63,873 nt of DNA from positions 1 through 63,873 of the IMG/VR virus record IMGVR_UViG_3300013006_000032; one strand, 5' to 3'. The notes under the pieces were generated by a model. It saw only the letters and a program-made list of their open reading frames with translations, did no database searches and had not been told where the DNA came from. This DNA comes from a virus. Lineage: Duplodnaviria; Caudoviricetes. Below are positions 46,913-57,726 of this stretch, one piece after another. Numbering within the stretch: the first letter of the stretch is position 1; every line of letters starts with the position of its first letter. The translations under genes and the position numbers were made by a program.

Positions 46913-47263
46913 TTACTCGTCAAACAACTTTACTACTGGTTCAGAAGAAGGTGCAGTAGCTTGCGCGGCGAACAATCTATCATATTGATCAATGAGACGG
47001 GGATCATTGTCAATATCAACACCGATGACAATTGTATTAATATTAAACTTCCAAGTTGTTCCCTCATTACGAGCTTTCTCGCCAACAAACTCCCTAAAAT
47101 AAAGAGGAATTGTTTGCACGTTGAGTTGACCCTGTTGCGTCGGCTGTACGTGTACGATTGCGGGGTTCTTAACTGTTAGATGTGTTTTGTCAAGAGACAC
47201 CTGGGTTGCTAAAATTGTTCTTCCGATGTGATCAATAAATGTTACTAAGTTGTTTTTGCTCAT
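46913..47263 (-). CDS. Hypothetical beta-rich protein (Sm/SH3-like pattern)
   Basis: ORF with promoter TTGATT-N16-TAAATT (47270-47297) 6 nt upstream. Confidence 0.65.
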   Translation of the reverse strand: MSKNNLVTFIDHIGRTILATQVSLDKTHLTVKNPAIVHVQPTQQGQLNVQTIPLYFREFVGEKARNEGTTWKFNINTIVIGVDIDNDPRLIDQYDRLFAAQATAPSSEPVVKLFDE

Positions 47264-47297
47264 AAAAAAAATTTATATTACTTTTATTAAAAATCAA

Positions 47298-49883
47298 CTA
47301 CACTTTTAATAATTCAAATAAATCTGTCTGTACTTGTGTTCCTGGTGTCTGTAGCTTCCAATTTACAGCATCATAAAACCTTTCTATTACAGAAAAAATA
47401 ATCTTTTCAAACATAAGTTCATGGTCAGGCTCGAATACACCTTCAAATTCCTTAGGATACGTATACTTGTAGCCTGCAGTTGTTATTCCAAATCGATTAG
47501 GTTGCTTGGCGTAAAAATATCTAACTTTATCGCCAGATGAAATTTTTTCATACTTCTTACCAGTATTAAATCTATCTAATAGTAAATTATAAAAATAAGC
47601 AGCTTTGACATGGATAGGCATATGCTTTGCAGTTTTGAATCCATCACACTGCGCAGCATATTTTTCATATCCTTTGATACCCATAACAAAGGATATATCT
47701 TCAACGGGTAATTTTTTGAATATATCGTATGTTTCATTAAAAATTTTATTTGTTTGTGCTAAATCGTGGGTCATTAGCATTGTTTCAATAATCTTTTTAA
47801 CATATGGCTTAATGGGCGCTGGCATTGTAGTACGTACAACTTCTACTCCAGTGTATTTAAATTTATCGCACGGGATTCCTTCTTCATCAAGAACATGTAG
47901 TACATATCGCTTTTTTTGTAGAAAGAGCCCTGTATCTGCTATGGCTTCGCGTTTAAAATTTAATCTACAATCTATAGAGCCTAGAGCAGATTCACCCCAC
48001 TTGACGATATTTTCGTTAAGATGATCTTCTATATCTTGAACCTGCCTATAGTATTCGGGTGTTATCTTACCCTTACTATCAAACATTTTTAATCCTGTTT
48101 TTCTTACAATATGTTTAATCGAAACGTATGAGCTATCTGTATCATTATAGATAATTGGCGTATCTGTTGTAATCTCATTGTCTGTTAACGATGCTTTTTG
48201 TTTTATATAATTTTCAAGTAGTCTATTCGATTCCTTAATAACTGCTTGACCTGTGAGTGTTATAGACTCAGCCAGTTCATCATCGCCTAGAGGACTGTGC
48301 TTGTTCCCAAAATATCCGTAAATTGTATTAATTAAAATCTTAATTGTATGTTGAGTAATATTTAAATTCTCTACCTGCGTATTTGTTTTTGAATATTCAT
48401 CAGTTAGTTTATCAAGCGTTACAAGCTTCTTCTTAAGAATCTTTAATTGACGTTTAATCTCAACTCTCTTCTTGTAGAAATGATCGACAGTTTCAGGAAT
48501 AATACCTTTCTCTTTCTGTGTAAAGAGAACTTTAGCTTTCGAAATAGCTATTTTTTCTTTCTTAATAAATTCTGTAAAATTAGGAATAGAGAGGGTAAAT
48601 GTTTGACCGTTGACGTGATTAATAGTTATTTCCTTATCTGTCTTCTCTGTAATTACACCAACTTTTGTTTCCGGTGAAAGATTAAGAGTAATCATTACAT
48701 TTGGATATAGACTGTTTGCATCAAAGGAAACAATATTTTCTTGAAATCCCTTTCTAGGTTCTCCAACATATGCACCGGCATTTTGCTCATCATTATGTGA
48801 TTCTTTATTAAATGTAGGTATACGCTGATCTCTCCCCCTAGCCCGGATAGCACATAACCCTGTAATTACGGAGAGCGACCCTAAGGCGCCTTCAAAAGTA
48901 GTTAACCCTGCATATGCAATCATTCTTAATAACTTAAGATATTGCAGCTTTTCTTCGAGTCTAATAAGCAAATTAACGTCTTGTATATTATAATCGACAA
49001 ATAGCTCCCAATTATCGTCGGCAAGACTTGCGAGATTTGTATCCCCATAATCGATCTTATTTTCACCAAGTTCGGTTTCACCAATCGAATCAAGCTTGTA
49101 TGATTCTCGGAGAACAGGGCAAAACCTTTTGTATATATCAAGATAATCAACGCAAGACACGCCTTCTATATGCCAATGTACTTGATCACGTCCGAAGCGA
49201 CCTTTAAAGGTAATAGGGCGGATATACCCTACAGGAGAAAGCTTTTTTGTTTCATCTTCACCTAGAATACGAGTAATCCGGTTAATGATATAAGGAAGAT
49301 CAAAAAATTCACTATTCCATCCCGATAGAATATCTGGATAATCGGAGGAAAAATAACTTATAAACTTACTTAATAAATCTTTTTCTGTCTTACAGTATAT
49401 ATACGTACAATTTTCTTTCGTTTGATAGTAAGGCTTTAACCCCCACGAGACAAATCTTTTTCTTAAAGTATCGTAAACTGTAATAATATTAATAGGGTGC
49501 TGAGGGTCGTCAGGCTTTGGAAATTCGTCAGGACTATAGGTTTCAATATCAATAAATAGTACGCGTATTGGGTGTTTATTAAATTCTTCTTTCTCATTAG
49601 TTTCCCAAAAGCAATCGATTAAAAATTGTTGCTGAATATTGAGATTTTCAAATATACGGGTAATTTTATTATCCTTAAGGTAGCGTGATCTTTCAGCTTG
49701 ATTTTTAAATTTTTTCTTCTTTAACTTAGTATTAAAAATGCTAGTACAATCTGGATGGTTATTTGTCTCGAGATATATGTATGGCTCGCATGTTGAATCA
49801 ACAGCAATACGCTTACCAGTATCGTCCCAGGTAAAAAGACGCATCATTTGATCGCGAGGAAGATAGGCTACGTTACGGTACAC
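47298..49883 (-). CDS. gp43: Family B DNA polymerase
   Basis: ExoI DIET, GWNSEFFD, SYKLD, FDANSLYP, KILINTIYG, YNDTDS and KKRY. Confidence 0.97.
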   Translation of the reverse strand: MYRNVAYLPRDQMMRLFTWDDTGKRIAVDSTCEPYIYLETNNHPDCTSIFNTKLKKKKFKNQAERSRYLKDNKITRIFENLNIQQQFLIDCFWETNEKEEFNKHPIRVLFIDIETYSPDEFPKPDDPQHPINIITVYDTLRKRFVSWGLKPYYQTKENCTYIYCKTEKDLLSKFISYFSSDYPDILSGWNSEFFDLPYIINRITRILGEDETKKLSPVGYIRPITFKGRFGRDQVHWHIEGVSCVDYLDIYKRFCPVLRESYKLDSIGETELGENKIDYGDTNLASLADDNWELFVDYNIQDVNLLIRLEEKLQYLKLLRMIAYAGLTTFEGALGSLSVITGLCAIRARGRDQRIPTFNKESHNDEQNAGAYVGEPRKGFQENIVSFDANSLYPNVMITLNLSPETKVGVITEKTDKEITINHVNGQTFTLSIPNFTEFIKKEKIAISKAKVLFTQKEKGIIPETVDHFYKKRVEIKRQLKILKKKLVTLDKLTDEYSKTNTQVENLNITQHTIKILINTIYGYFGNKHSPLGDDELAESITLTGQAVIKESNRLLENYIKQKASLTDNEITTDTPIIYNDTDSSYVSIKHIVRKTGLKMFDSKGKITPEYYRQVQDIEDHLNENIVKWGESALGSIDCRLNFKREAIADTGLFLQKKRYVLHVLDEEGIPCDKFKYTGVEVVRTTMPAPIKPYVKKIIETMLMTHDLAQTNKIFNETYDIFKKLPVEDISFVMGIKGYEKYAAQCDGFKTAKHMPIHVKAAYFYNLLLDRFNTGKKYEKISSGDKVRYFYAKQPNRFGITTAGYKYTYPKEFEGVFEPDHELMFEKIIFSVIERFYDAVNWKLQTPGTQVQTDLFELLKV

Positions 49884-49889
49884 AAGACA

Positions 49890-49917
49890 ATTATAGTACA
49901 GCTGCTTGTCAAATCAA
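49890..49917 (-). promoter_or_regulatory. sigma70-type promoter TTGATT-N16-TATAAT, 6 nt before GTG 49883
   Basis: Seen in sequence. Confidence 0.75.
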
Positions 49918-49926
49918 GTAAAATAA

Positions 49927-50496
49927 TTAAGCAATATCATTATATAGAGCTATTAGCTTACCAAAATTGTATAGCTCTATCTTCTTGACCCCACAGCTTT
50001 TTATTTTATTCTTATTAGTGTCATTAAAGAAGTAGTTTGTTGTTTTTTCAGATGTCGGTGCCTGTAGATCTTCAATAATATAGAGCCCGCCCTTTTTAAT
50101 TGAAGAAAAAAGATTAAAAAAGCAATTCATATGATGATCGTGTAAATGACTTCCATCATCAATAATAATATCAAATTCAGACTGTATTTTTAAAATATTT
50201 AAAATATCTTCCTTGCAGCCAGCGTCGCCTTTTAGTGTCTTAACTCTTTCAATATTAAAGTGACTACAGTCAACTATATCAAAGCCGAAAATATTAGCTT
50301 TAGAAAAATATTCAGATAATACTTTTAAAGACGCTCCAGGAAATAATGGATCTGCAATTCCTATTTCTAAAATATTAATTTTTTTATTCTTAAAGGGTGC
50401 GAATATTTTTTCGTAAGTAAATGAATAACAGTGTTTTTCGCGAACTTCGTCGCCTTTATCAGTCCCGTGTTTATTGCAAAGATCGTTAAAGGTCAT
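49927..50496 (-). CDS. Class I SAM-dependent methyltransferase (sugar O-methyltransferase-like)
   Basis: GTDK, ILEIGI, GFDI, FDIIIDDGSH and GGLYIIEDL. Confidence 0.85.
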   Translation of the reverse strand: MTFNDLCNKHGTDKGDEVREKHCYSFTYEKIFAPFKNKKINILEIGIADPLFPGASLKVLSEYFSKANIFGFDIVDCSHFNIERVKTLKGDAGCKEDILNILKIQSEFDIIIDDGSHLHDHHMNCFFNLFSSIKKGGLYIIEDLQAPTSEKTTNYFFNDTNKNKIKSCGVKKIELYNFGKLIALYNDIA

Positions 50497-51704
50497 AACC
50501 CATTAATAGAATTTAGGAGCGCTCGTTTTGAATCACCATAAGGATGTGAATACAATTCAACATATTTGTTAATATTATCTTCATTTTCAAGCCATCTACT
50601 TTCTGCAACTTTTCTAAACTTAGCGCAGCTGTTCATATATTTTCCTTTTTTCTCCAAAGTATCCTCAATACAACCGATCATTTCTTCACCCGTTTTAAAT
50701 TTAATAGAGGCGTCTTTATATGTAACAAGATCTTGACATGCAACCGGTAACCCGTAGCTACATGCTTCAATATACTTTAAATCACTTTTAGCTTTGTTAA
50801 AGGTGTTGTCTTGAAGTGGTGCAACCATCATATTAACACGGAGGTTATATATTTTCTCTGGATAGCTATACAGTTGAGACCATGGGTGAAACTCAAAATC
50901 ACCGTTCCTAATATAATTTTGTAGAGGAAGCGGAAAAGCACCTAGAAACACCCATTTATATTTGTCTTTTGTCTTGACAATAGCATCGATTACATGATGA
51001 AAATCGTCTTTCTGGCCTACGCGATTATCGACATCAAAATGTGCCCCTGACCCCGCATAAAGTATTCGAGGCTTATCTTCAAAGGCGTCGTAATTCTCTG
51101 AAATTCTTTTTTCGTTATAAAAATTACCCATCCACCATTTTGGAGGATAATTTGGAATAACCGTAATATTCTGATTCTTTGTTTTACCTAAGTAATAATC
51201 TTTCATGAAATCACATGTTACTGTAATTTCGTCGCATAGCTCCATAATTGCTTGCGCGGTTCTACGAATTGAAGGGTCTGTAAAAGCTGGCTTAAACTTA
51301 TTATACTCAGGAATATCTTCACTAAATACAAGATCGTCGATTTCATATATAATACGGAACCCAACTTTTTGGCTTACCTCCTTAAGAAATTGTACAAATT
51401 TTAATTGACTTTCTGTTGCTTGACGCTGAATTCTAACAGCTTTAACACCTCTATAGTAATTGGGATCAAAGCACATTACAGTGCTGCCATGTACAACTAG
51501 TTTTTGATGCGCATTTAAAAGATGCTCAGGCCAGATCATGCGCCAAAATCCACATCCACTATAGTCGGCGTAGTAATTTAAAGCTCGAGGTAGATCAAGT
51601 TCTGGTGGACGAGGTACATCATTTTGCTTTGGTGCATTACCTACAATAGGTGAGGGAAAAGGTGAAACAAACGGTGAGGGTACGGGAAAGGGGCTAGAAA
51701 ACAT
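50493..51704 (-). CDS. GT-B fold glycosyltransferase (GT4-like)
   Basis: SGCGFWRMIWP, YEIDD, VIPN, APLQDNTFNKAKSDLKYIEA. Confidence 0.8.
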   Translation of the reverse strand: MFSSPFPVPSPFVSPFPSPIVGNAPKQNDVPRPPELDLPRALNYYADYSGCGFWRMIWPEHLLNAHQKLVVHGSTVMCFDPNYYRGVKAVRIQRQATESQLKFVQFLKEVSQKVGFRIIYEIDDLVFSEDIPEYNKFKPAFTDPSIRRTAQAIMELCDEITVTCDFMKDYYLGKTKNQNITVIPNYPPKWWMGNFYNEKRISENYDAFEDKPRILYAGSGAHFDVDNRVGQKDDFHHVIDAIVKTKDKYKWVFLGAFPLPLQNYIRNGDFEFHPWSQLYSYPEKIYNLRVNMMVAPLQDNTFNKAKSDLKYIEACSYGLPVACQDLVTYKDASIKFKTGEEMIGCIEDTLEKKGKYMNSCAKFRKVAESRWLENEDNINKYVELYSHPYGDSKRALLNSINGL

Positions 51705-51712
51705 ATGATATA

Positions 51713-53524
51713 TTAACTGCTATATTCAATATAATCAACTCGACGAGTAATGCCATTACTCTTCTCAAGGAAAATAATATCGCCTGTAGCTGCTTTTATA
51801 CTTTCTTTTCTATGGCTTATGACCATAATACATTCATTATACTTTTCAACACGTTCACGTAAAATTCCGATAACCAACTCCACACCACGCTCATCAAGAC
51901 TTGAATCAAATAGCTCATCATAAATACTAAAATTAAATGATACATCGCCCTGTAGGCGACGAATATCCATAAAGGTAAATAGACATGCTAAATCTATATT
52001 CTTTCGTTCAGCGCCACTAAAGTTAAAGTAAGAGCATTGCTTTCCTTTGTTATCAACAATTTCTTCTTCAAAATATTCATTGAATGTACATATACAGTTA
52101 GCATCCATCTTCTTTAAATAATAAGCAAGCTTACTGTTAAACAACTGTAATATTTTTTTAACAATATATGATTTAACACCTTCTTCAGAAACAACAAACC
52201 TTACAACATCGAGAGTATTAAGCTTATCTTTAATAGTCTCAATTACTTCTTTTACACCGTTCAATCTATCTTGCTGGTCTTTAATAATAGTATCAAAAGA
52301 ATTCGAATCTTGCTCTATTTCCTTTAAGTCTTGCTCTAGCTCAATTTGCCATCTGTTAAGCTGATCAAGTCTCTGTACTAAATCATCTTTTTCTTTTAAT
52401 TTATGCCTATAAGCTCCTGCGCTATCACGAAGCTTTTGTATCTTAGATTCAACTTTTGATTGACCAGATGTAAATTGTTTTTCTTCTGTTTTAAGATCAC
52501 TAATAGTATCTTCGTGTAATGATATTTCGCTTTTTATCTTTTTCTTTTCTTCTTTGATATGATCTCTATCACCATCTTGAATGCTCCGTAAGCAAGTAGG
52601 GCAGACATCTCTATCAGTACCAACAGATGTAAGTTTTTTATTCGCTTGCGTAATAAGAGTCGATTTCTCAGAAATAGAATGCCTAATTTCTTGAATTTTC
52701 TTATCAATTTTTCTATTATTTTCTTCCTGCTCTTCGATATCCTTTTTAATTTGTGCGACATCTGGTAACTCAAAAGATTCTAATCGTGTACTAATATCTT
52801 TTATCTCTCTCTTATTATTCTCTTGACGAGTTAAATATTTTTCCTTTTTTCGCTGTCTCTCTAGAGATGAATTCTCTTTTTGTTTCTCGAGAGAAATGAC
52901 GCCTTTAGCAATTTCATCGTGTTTTACGACTTCAATATCAAAGACCTTTTTCTGTTCGTTAATATCTATTTTAAGCAAATCAAGCATTTCACCAAATACA
53001 CTTAAATTAAAAATGTCTTCAATAAACTTTCTCTTTTCTTGTTTCTTTTTAGCCATAAACGGTATAGTATTGTTTATGGTCATAATCACACAGTTTTGAA
53101 ATACCTCTGGCGTACTATTAAATTTCGACATTATAAAGGCACTTGTATTAGTAATACTATCGCGAGTTTTATCCTCACCGTTAATATAAAGATAGCATTT
53201 TGATGGTTCGAGCGTCCTTATAATCTGAATATCTTCCTTAGTATCAAGATGCTGTATAGTTACATCTAGAATAACTTCACAATTTTTTCGATTTACATTA
53301 TTAATAATATTTTCTTTTTTAAGATCACGGAGCGTTTCACCAAATACAGCGAAGTATATTGCATCAGCAATTGTCGATTTACCTACGCCATTCCTTCGGT
53401 CTTCTTTATCTTTATTAAGACCGGTAATAATATGAAGCCCGCGCTTAAAATCGACAGTCACAGGTTGATTGCCGACGGAAAGGAAGTTCTTAATGCTAAT
53501 TTTATTAAAACTTATATTCTTCAT
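51713..53524 (-). CDS. gp46: Recombination endonuclease ATPase subunit (Rad50/SbcC-like)
   Basis: KNFLSVG, NGVGKS, Zn hook CPTC, FSGAE, DELFDSSLD, ISH. Confidence 0.95.
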   Translation of the reverse strand: MKNISFNKISIKNFLSVGNQPVTVDFKRGLHIITGLNKDKEDRRNGVGKSTIADAIYFAVFGETLRDLKKENIINNVNRKNCEVILDVTIQHLDTKEDIQIIRTLEPSKCYLYINGEDKTRDSITNTSAFIMSKFNSTPEVFQNCVIMTINNTIPFMAKKKQEKRKFIEDIFNLSVFGEMLDLLKIDINEQKKVFDIEVVKHDEIAKGVISLEKQKENSSLERQRKKEKYLTRQENNKREIKDISTRLESFELPDVAQIKKDIEEQEENNRKIDKKIQEIRHSISEKSTLITQANKKLTSVGTDRDVCPTCLRSIQDGDRDHIKEEKKKIKSEISLHEDTISDLKTEEKQFTSGQSKVESKIQKLRDSAGAYRHKLKEKDDLVQRLDQLNRWQIELEQDLKEIEQDSNSFDTIIKDQQDRLNGVKEVIETIKDKLNTLDVVRFVVSEEGVKSYIVKKILQLFNSKLAYYLKKMDANCICTFNEYFEEEIVDNKGKQCSYFNFSGAERKNIDLACLFTFMDIRRLQGDVSFNFSIYDELFDSSLDERGVELVIGILRERVEKYNECIMVISHRKESIKAATGDIIFLEKSNGITRRVDYIEYSS

Positions 53525-54594
53525 GTATTATTAGCCCTCTTATATAGATCTAAGCAATAGCGAGACACATCGCTCTTCTTCTCTATATCAAGTAATGTTA
53601 CGAATTCTTCAATAGCTTTACTCATATCTACACCAGATAAATCATACGCTTGATCTTCATTTACTGTAATTGAATCATTATAGAGAGTGTAGTCAACAGA
53701 TAAATTAAACGGTTTGTGGGTAGATATTTTTTGAATGAGAAGTTCAATATTATCGCTTGTAATTTTCTTGTCTACAATAAGCTTGATAATATTGTTATTG
53801 ACTGTATCTTTTACTTCTGTTGCACTAAGTGATTTAAATGTCATTAAATCAGTTAGTGTTACTTTCTTATGTTTAGGTGAAAGCTTGTTCTCATAAAACG
53901 TATAATTTAAATTATTAAAATCTAAAATATAATATCCTTTGGTTGAGCCGGTATCACCAAAATCCATTTCGAACGGATTACCAACGTATATAATTGTCTG
54001 TTTATCATATTTACGTTCGTCGCGTAAATGAAAATGACCGGTCATTATTAAATCGGCCTTAGCTAAAAGATCTGAAGTTTTCATACCATGATCACAATGC
54101 TTATGGCTATTCATTTTAAAGCTTTCGATCTCTAGATGTCCAAACAATACATCTGACTTTTTAATAGACCTCACATCTGCTCCCCAAGGTAAAAAGGATA
54201 CCTCTTTACCAAGCACTGTATATGTTACAGCTTCACTGATTACCAAGATATTCTTCCAGCCGTCTAGAATAGAGAGTGAATTAATATCGGATCTATCTTT
54301 ATAAAAAGCGTCATGATTACCGACAATAATCACAATATTAAAGTCAGCCCATAGTTTAAGGATCTGATTTACAACATGAATAGTGTTTACAGCAATTTCA
54401 TCTCTATAATGATAGAGATCACCAAGAATAAATATATCTTTTATTCCTTTAGCGAGAAGTTCTTTTTTTAGCCACGCTGCCCAGCTTAGCGCAGTTTCGT
54501 GCCAAAAGATACTATTTTGATGTACACCAATATGTAAGTCTGCAATGCAGCAGACTTTATCGGTACGTATATTTAATTCCTTCGTCGTACTCAC
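53521..54594 (-). CDS. gp47: Recombination endonuclease nuclease subunit (Mre11/SbcD-like)
   Basis: DLHIG, LGDL, GNHD, GHLE and GHFH. Confidence 0.95.
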   Translation of the reverse strand: MSTTKELNIRTDKVCCIADLHIGVHQNSIFWHETALSWAAWLKKELLAKGIKDIFILGDLYHYRDEIAVNTIHVVNQILKLWADFNIVIIVGNHDAFYKDRSDINSLSILDGWKNILVISEAVTYTVLGKEVSFLPWGADVRSIKKSDVLFGHLEIESFKMNSHKHCDHGMKTSDLLAKADLIMTGHFHLRDERKYDKQTIIYVGNPFEMDFGDTGSTKGYYILDFNNLNYTFYENKLSPKHKKVTLTDLMTFKSLSATEVKDTVNNNIIKLIVDKKITSDNIELLIQKISTHKPFNLSVDYTLYNDSITVNEDQAYDLSGVDMSKAIEEFVTLLDIEKKSDVSRYCLDLYKRANNT

Positions 54595-55181
54595 TCAGAT
54601 GTGTTATAATTATCGTCATTAGGCTCGACATATATATGTGCGCCGCCTGTTTCTTTTGTATCAAGCATAAGCTCGGTAAATACCTTTTCTCGGTATTCAT
54701 TAAGTACAGCGTGATGTTTATTTTCTTTTTTAATTCGATTGATAAAAGCATGAAACGCAATTGTAGTAAAATATGAGAAAGGACTAAATCCTGTATCGAG
54801 TTTAAATTTTTGATTACGAAGAGCGGAGAACATTTTAACTACAGCATCACCTATCATGTCATCCTTGTAAGAGTAGTTAATAAAGTTAGGAGCGTACGAA
54901 AGACCATGGGCAATCTTTGTCAAACTTTCTCCTAGCTTTTGCGTTACGTGACCAGATTTATAATAAGCGCGAATCTCTTCTTCAAATTCTTTACTATTAA
55001 CATAGTGAACTTTATCCTTAGCTTTTACTTTCTTTTTGACTTCAGGTGTCGTGGATGGAACAGCTAACACACCTGTAGCCAATATTTTTGTTAAAGTAGG
55101 ATCGTTAGTAACATCCTCTGAAAAAACCTCTTTATGGTTCTTTGATTTCTTTGATTGAGTGCTGTATTTTTTCTTTTTCAT
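54591..55181 (-). CDS. gp55: Late-transcription sigma factor
   Basis: HYVNSKEF, LSYAPNFINYSYKDDMIGDA, PFSYFTTIAFHAFINRIKKE. Confidence 0.92.
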   Translation of the reverse strand: MKKKKYSTQSKKSKNHKEVFSEDVTNDPTLTKILATGVLAVPSTTPEVKKKVKAKDKVHYVNSKEFEEEIRAYYKSGHVTQKLGESLTKIAHGLSYAPNFINYSYKDDMIGDAVVKMFSALRNQKFKLDTGFSPFSYFTTIAFHAFINRIKKENKHHAVLNEYREKVFTELMLDTKETGGAHIYVEPNDDNYNTSE

Positions 55182-56592
55182 AAAGTGTTACGCGTTTCTC
55201 CATATGCGCCAAGCTGTACTTGAAGTTGTCCGCGATGTCGAATATTATAAGCTTATCTTTATCCTTATGCAAGCGAAGACCTCTTCCTATGGACTGTACT
55301 ATCTTTATTTTAGCTTTTCCACCGCATGCAAAAACAATATAATGTAGGTTTTTAATATTAATACCGGTAGAGAATATTTTAGATATAGCTACCACTATAA
55401 TGTCAGTTCTATCTTCCATTAACTTTCTTATCTCGTCTCGCTCAGATACTTCAACCTCTCCTCGTATAAAATAAACCTGTTTGTCGGGGCATTGAGCTTT
55501 TATTGACTGATAGAGCGCTTCTCCGTGTTCAATATAATCAATAAGAATCAATGAATTGTTACTCAATTTACATGTTAGCTTACTAATTACATTATTCCTA
55601 AAATCACTTCTCATTAGAAATCTTAGCTCCTCCCGATATAAATCTGTCGACGATACTGTAGCATTTCTAAAAGGATCGAGCTTATAGCTTAGTTTTAGAA
55701 TTTGTACCTGTACATTACTTACATAGTTCTCTAAGCGTAATTCGTGACTATTTTTTTCATATATAATAGGCCCAATTTTCCCAATAATATTCCATTGATC
55801 TAATAAACCCTCGGGCATAGTACCGGTAAACCCAAATCTATGTGGCGTCTTTATTCTCTTTAAAATTTTATTAACTTCATTACCCTTGCGAATCTTATGT
55901 ACTTCATCAACAAAAAGGCAGTCGATATTTTCTATCCATGTGAGGTCTGTATTTTTGCTTTGAAGAATACCTAAGTTTGCAATAGTTACGTTTGCAGTAT
56001 TACAATCTTCTATACTATGTTTACCTGTCCATTTGCGTGTTGTAAAAGGTACATTATAAGTTGCGAAGTCGGAGAACGTTTGTTCGACGAGGCCTAGATC
56101 CGGTACAATATATAAACACTTAAAAGTACTACCGTGTTGAAGAAATATTTTAGTTAATAACGAAGCAGCTGTGAGCGTTTTACCGCCTGCAGTAGCTAGT
56201 ACCACTGTTCCTCTACCAATAGAAAAGGCCTTCTTAACTATCTCTTCTTGGTAGTCGCGCAAAGGCAGCGCTAGCGGAATAATATTATTACTGTAAAGCG
56301 GACTAGACTGCCATTTTTTTGCAGGGGCGATATGATTGTATAGTTCGTCATCCGTCCTTACTTCACCAACAAATTGATTCGCTGTAAGATACTTCCTTAT
56401 TTCAAAATATAAGCCGGGATCAAACCTACCTGTAGGTGTAATTGCGTATGTGCGTTGTGGGAGAAACCTCCCATAGCGTCTCATAAAAAAAGCAGCTTCA
56501 TTTTTTACAGAAAAAGCTTCACGAATTTCTTCAAATAAATCTCCCGTAAGAATGCCTGCTCCTTTCTTGCTATCAAAAGAAAAATTAATCAT
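55132..56592 (-). CDS. uvsW: SF2 DNA helicase
   Basis: LRDYQ, ATAGGKT, DEVH, GFTGT, STGINI and QSIGRGLR. Confidence 0.93.
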   Translation of the reverse strand: MINFSFDSKKGAGILTGDLFEEIREAFSVKNEAAFFMRRYGRFLPQRTYAITPTGRFDPGLYFEIRKYLTANQFVGEVRTDDELYNHIAPAKKWQSSPLYSNNIIPLALPLRDYQEEIVKKAFSIGRGTVVLATAGGKTLTAASLLTKIFLQHGSTFKCLYIVPDLGLVEQTFSDFATYNVPFTTRKWTGKHSIEDCNTANVTIANLGILQSKNTDLTWIENIDCLFVDEVHKIRKGNEVNKILKRIKTPHRFGFTGTMPEGLLDQWNIIGKIGPIIYEKNSHELRLENYVSNVQVQILKLSYKLDPFRNATVSSTDLYREELRFLMRSDFRNNVISKLTCKLSNNSLILIDYIEHGEALYQSIKAQCPDKQVYFIRGEVEVSERDEIRKLMEDRTDIIVVAISKIFSTGINIKNLHYIVFACGGKAKIKIVQSIGRGLRLHKDKDKLIIFDIADNFKYSLAHMEKRVTLYEKEKIQHSIKEIKEP

Positions 56593-56981
56593 GTAGTTTC
56601 TAGCTTTATAATCTCAATAATATTTTTTAAGTCGTATGAAGCAGAGCTCAAGGTCTTTTCAGACTTCTCAAGCAATTCAATAATTAGTTCTAATTCCTTT
56701 ATTTGATTGTCTATATCAGCAACTTCACTGCATTTATCGGCTGTTCTTTCAATTGCAGTAAGCGCTAATTTAACAGGACTTTGCTCTTGTATTTTTTCAA
56801 CTAAAGAACGTTTTAACTGTTCACGTTTTTTGCGTAAATCGTTGATCTGTAATTTATGACGTATGCATCTTCCTGCCCATTTGTGCTTTACGCCAGGTAA
56901 CATAAGCTGATAGTCTTTAAGATTTAGCTCGTTAATCTTAAGATCGTTTTCCAGTTCTTTTATGTAATCTTCTAGCAGCAT
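56589..56981 (-). CDS. uvsY: Recombination mediator (UvsY-like)
   Basis: DLKINELNL...P..KHKW...coiled coil...YDLKNIIE; upstream of uvsW. Confidence 0.75.
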   Translation of the reverse strand: MLLEDYIKELENDLKINELNLKDYQLMLPGVKHKWAGRCIRHKLQINDLRKKREQLKRSLVEKIQEQSPVKLALTAIERTADKCSEVADIDNQIKELELIIELLEKSEKTLSSASYDLKNIIEIIKLETT

Positions 56982-57007
56982 TAACTTAAATAATAGTATA
57001 TAGTATT

Positions 57008-57280
57008 ATGAAATCAATAAATTTATTCGAAAAGGCATTTAACAATCTCCTTGAGGAAGATAATGTTGCGGGGGGAGTAGGTAGTGCCTTTGGACCGGGT
57101 ACAGATGGGCCCATTGGATCTTTTGGTAATCAATTTCCTTCGCAAAATGATAAAGCTTATGCACCGGGTGATGCACGGTTGCCTAAGATTCTGGGCGCTA
57201 AAAGAAAGAAGCGTAAAAAGGAAAAATTTATAGTGCAAAGAAGACCACTTCCTGGATTAGAATTAAATTCTGCTAAATAA
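57008..57280 (+). CDS. Small hypothetical protein
   Basis: ORF; LFEKAFNNLLEE leader. Confidence 0.6.
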   Translation: MKSINLFEKAFNNLLEEDNVAGGVGSAFGPGTDGPIGSFGNQFPSQNDKAYAPGDARLPKILGAKRKKRKKEKFIVQRRPLPGLELNSAK

Positions 57281-57286
57281 CTGCAT

Positions 57287-57706
57287 ATGGATTTAGGGCA
57301 CTGGTTATTAGGTGAAGATGTTATTTTAACAGATGATACTTTTGGCTTTATATATGAAATAACTAATACTGTAACGAGCAAGAAATATATAGGAAAAAAG
57401 CAATGTAAATCTAAGCTTAAGCGCAAGCCTTTAAAGGGTAAGAAAAATAAGAGAATAGAAATTAAGGAATCGGACTGGAAGGAGTATACTAGTTCGTCCG
57501 CAGAGCTTAATGAAGATATAAAAAAATTTGGCAAAGATAAATTTATTTTTAAGATATTGCGTGCATGTGGTTCAAAGTGGGAATTGGCTTACTTTGAAAT
57601 ACGCGAGCAATTAGAGAGGAATGTTTTAATGCGAGATGACTATTATAATGGCATTATAAATGTAAGAATTGGTCGTCCTCCAAAGAATTTTCTTGAAAGT
57701 TTGTAA
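57287..57706 (+). CDS. GIY-YIG nuclease-domain protein
   Basis: FGFIYEITN...KKYIGKK...Y..SS...E...YYN; late box GCTAAATA (57272-57279). Confidence 0.8.
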   Translation: MDLGHWLLGEDVILTDDTFGFIYEITNTVTSKKYIGKKQCKSKLKRKPLKGKKNKRIEIKESDWKEYTSSSAELNEDIKKFGKDKFIFKILRACGSKWELAYFEIREQLERNVLMRDDYYNGIINVRIGRPPKNFLESL

Positions 57707-57726
57707 TCTTTCATTCATAATAAAGC

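Noticed and set aside
57287-57706. GIY-YIG protein as a mobile homing endonuclease or intron
   Set aside because: It is short (139 aa), has no evident DNA-binding extension and does not interrupt a gene; no intron or intein is apparent in PolB, TerL or the helicases.
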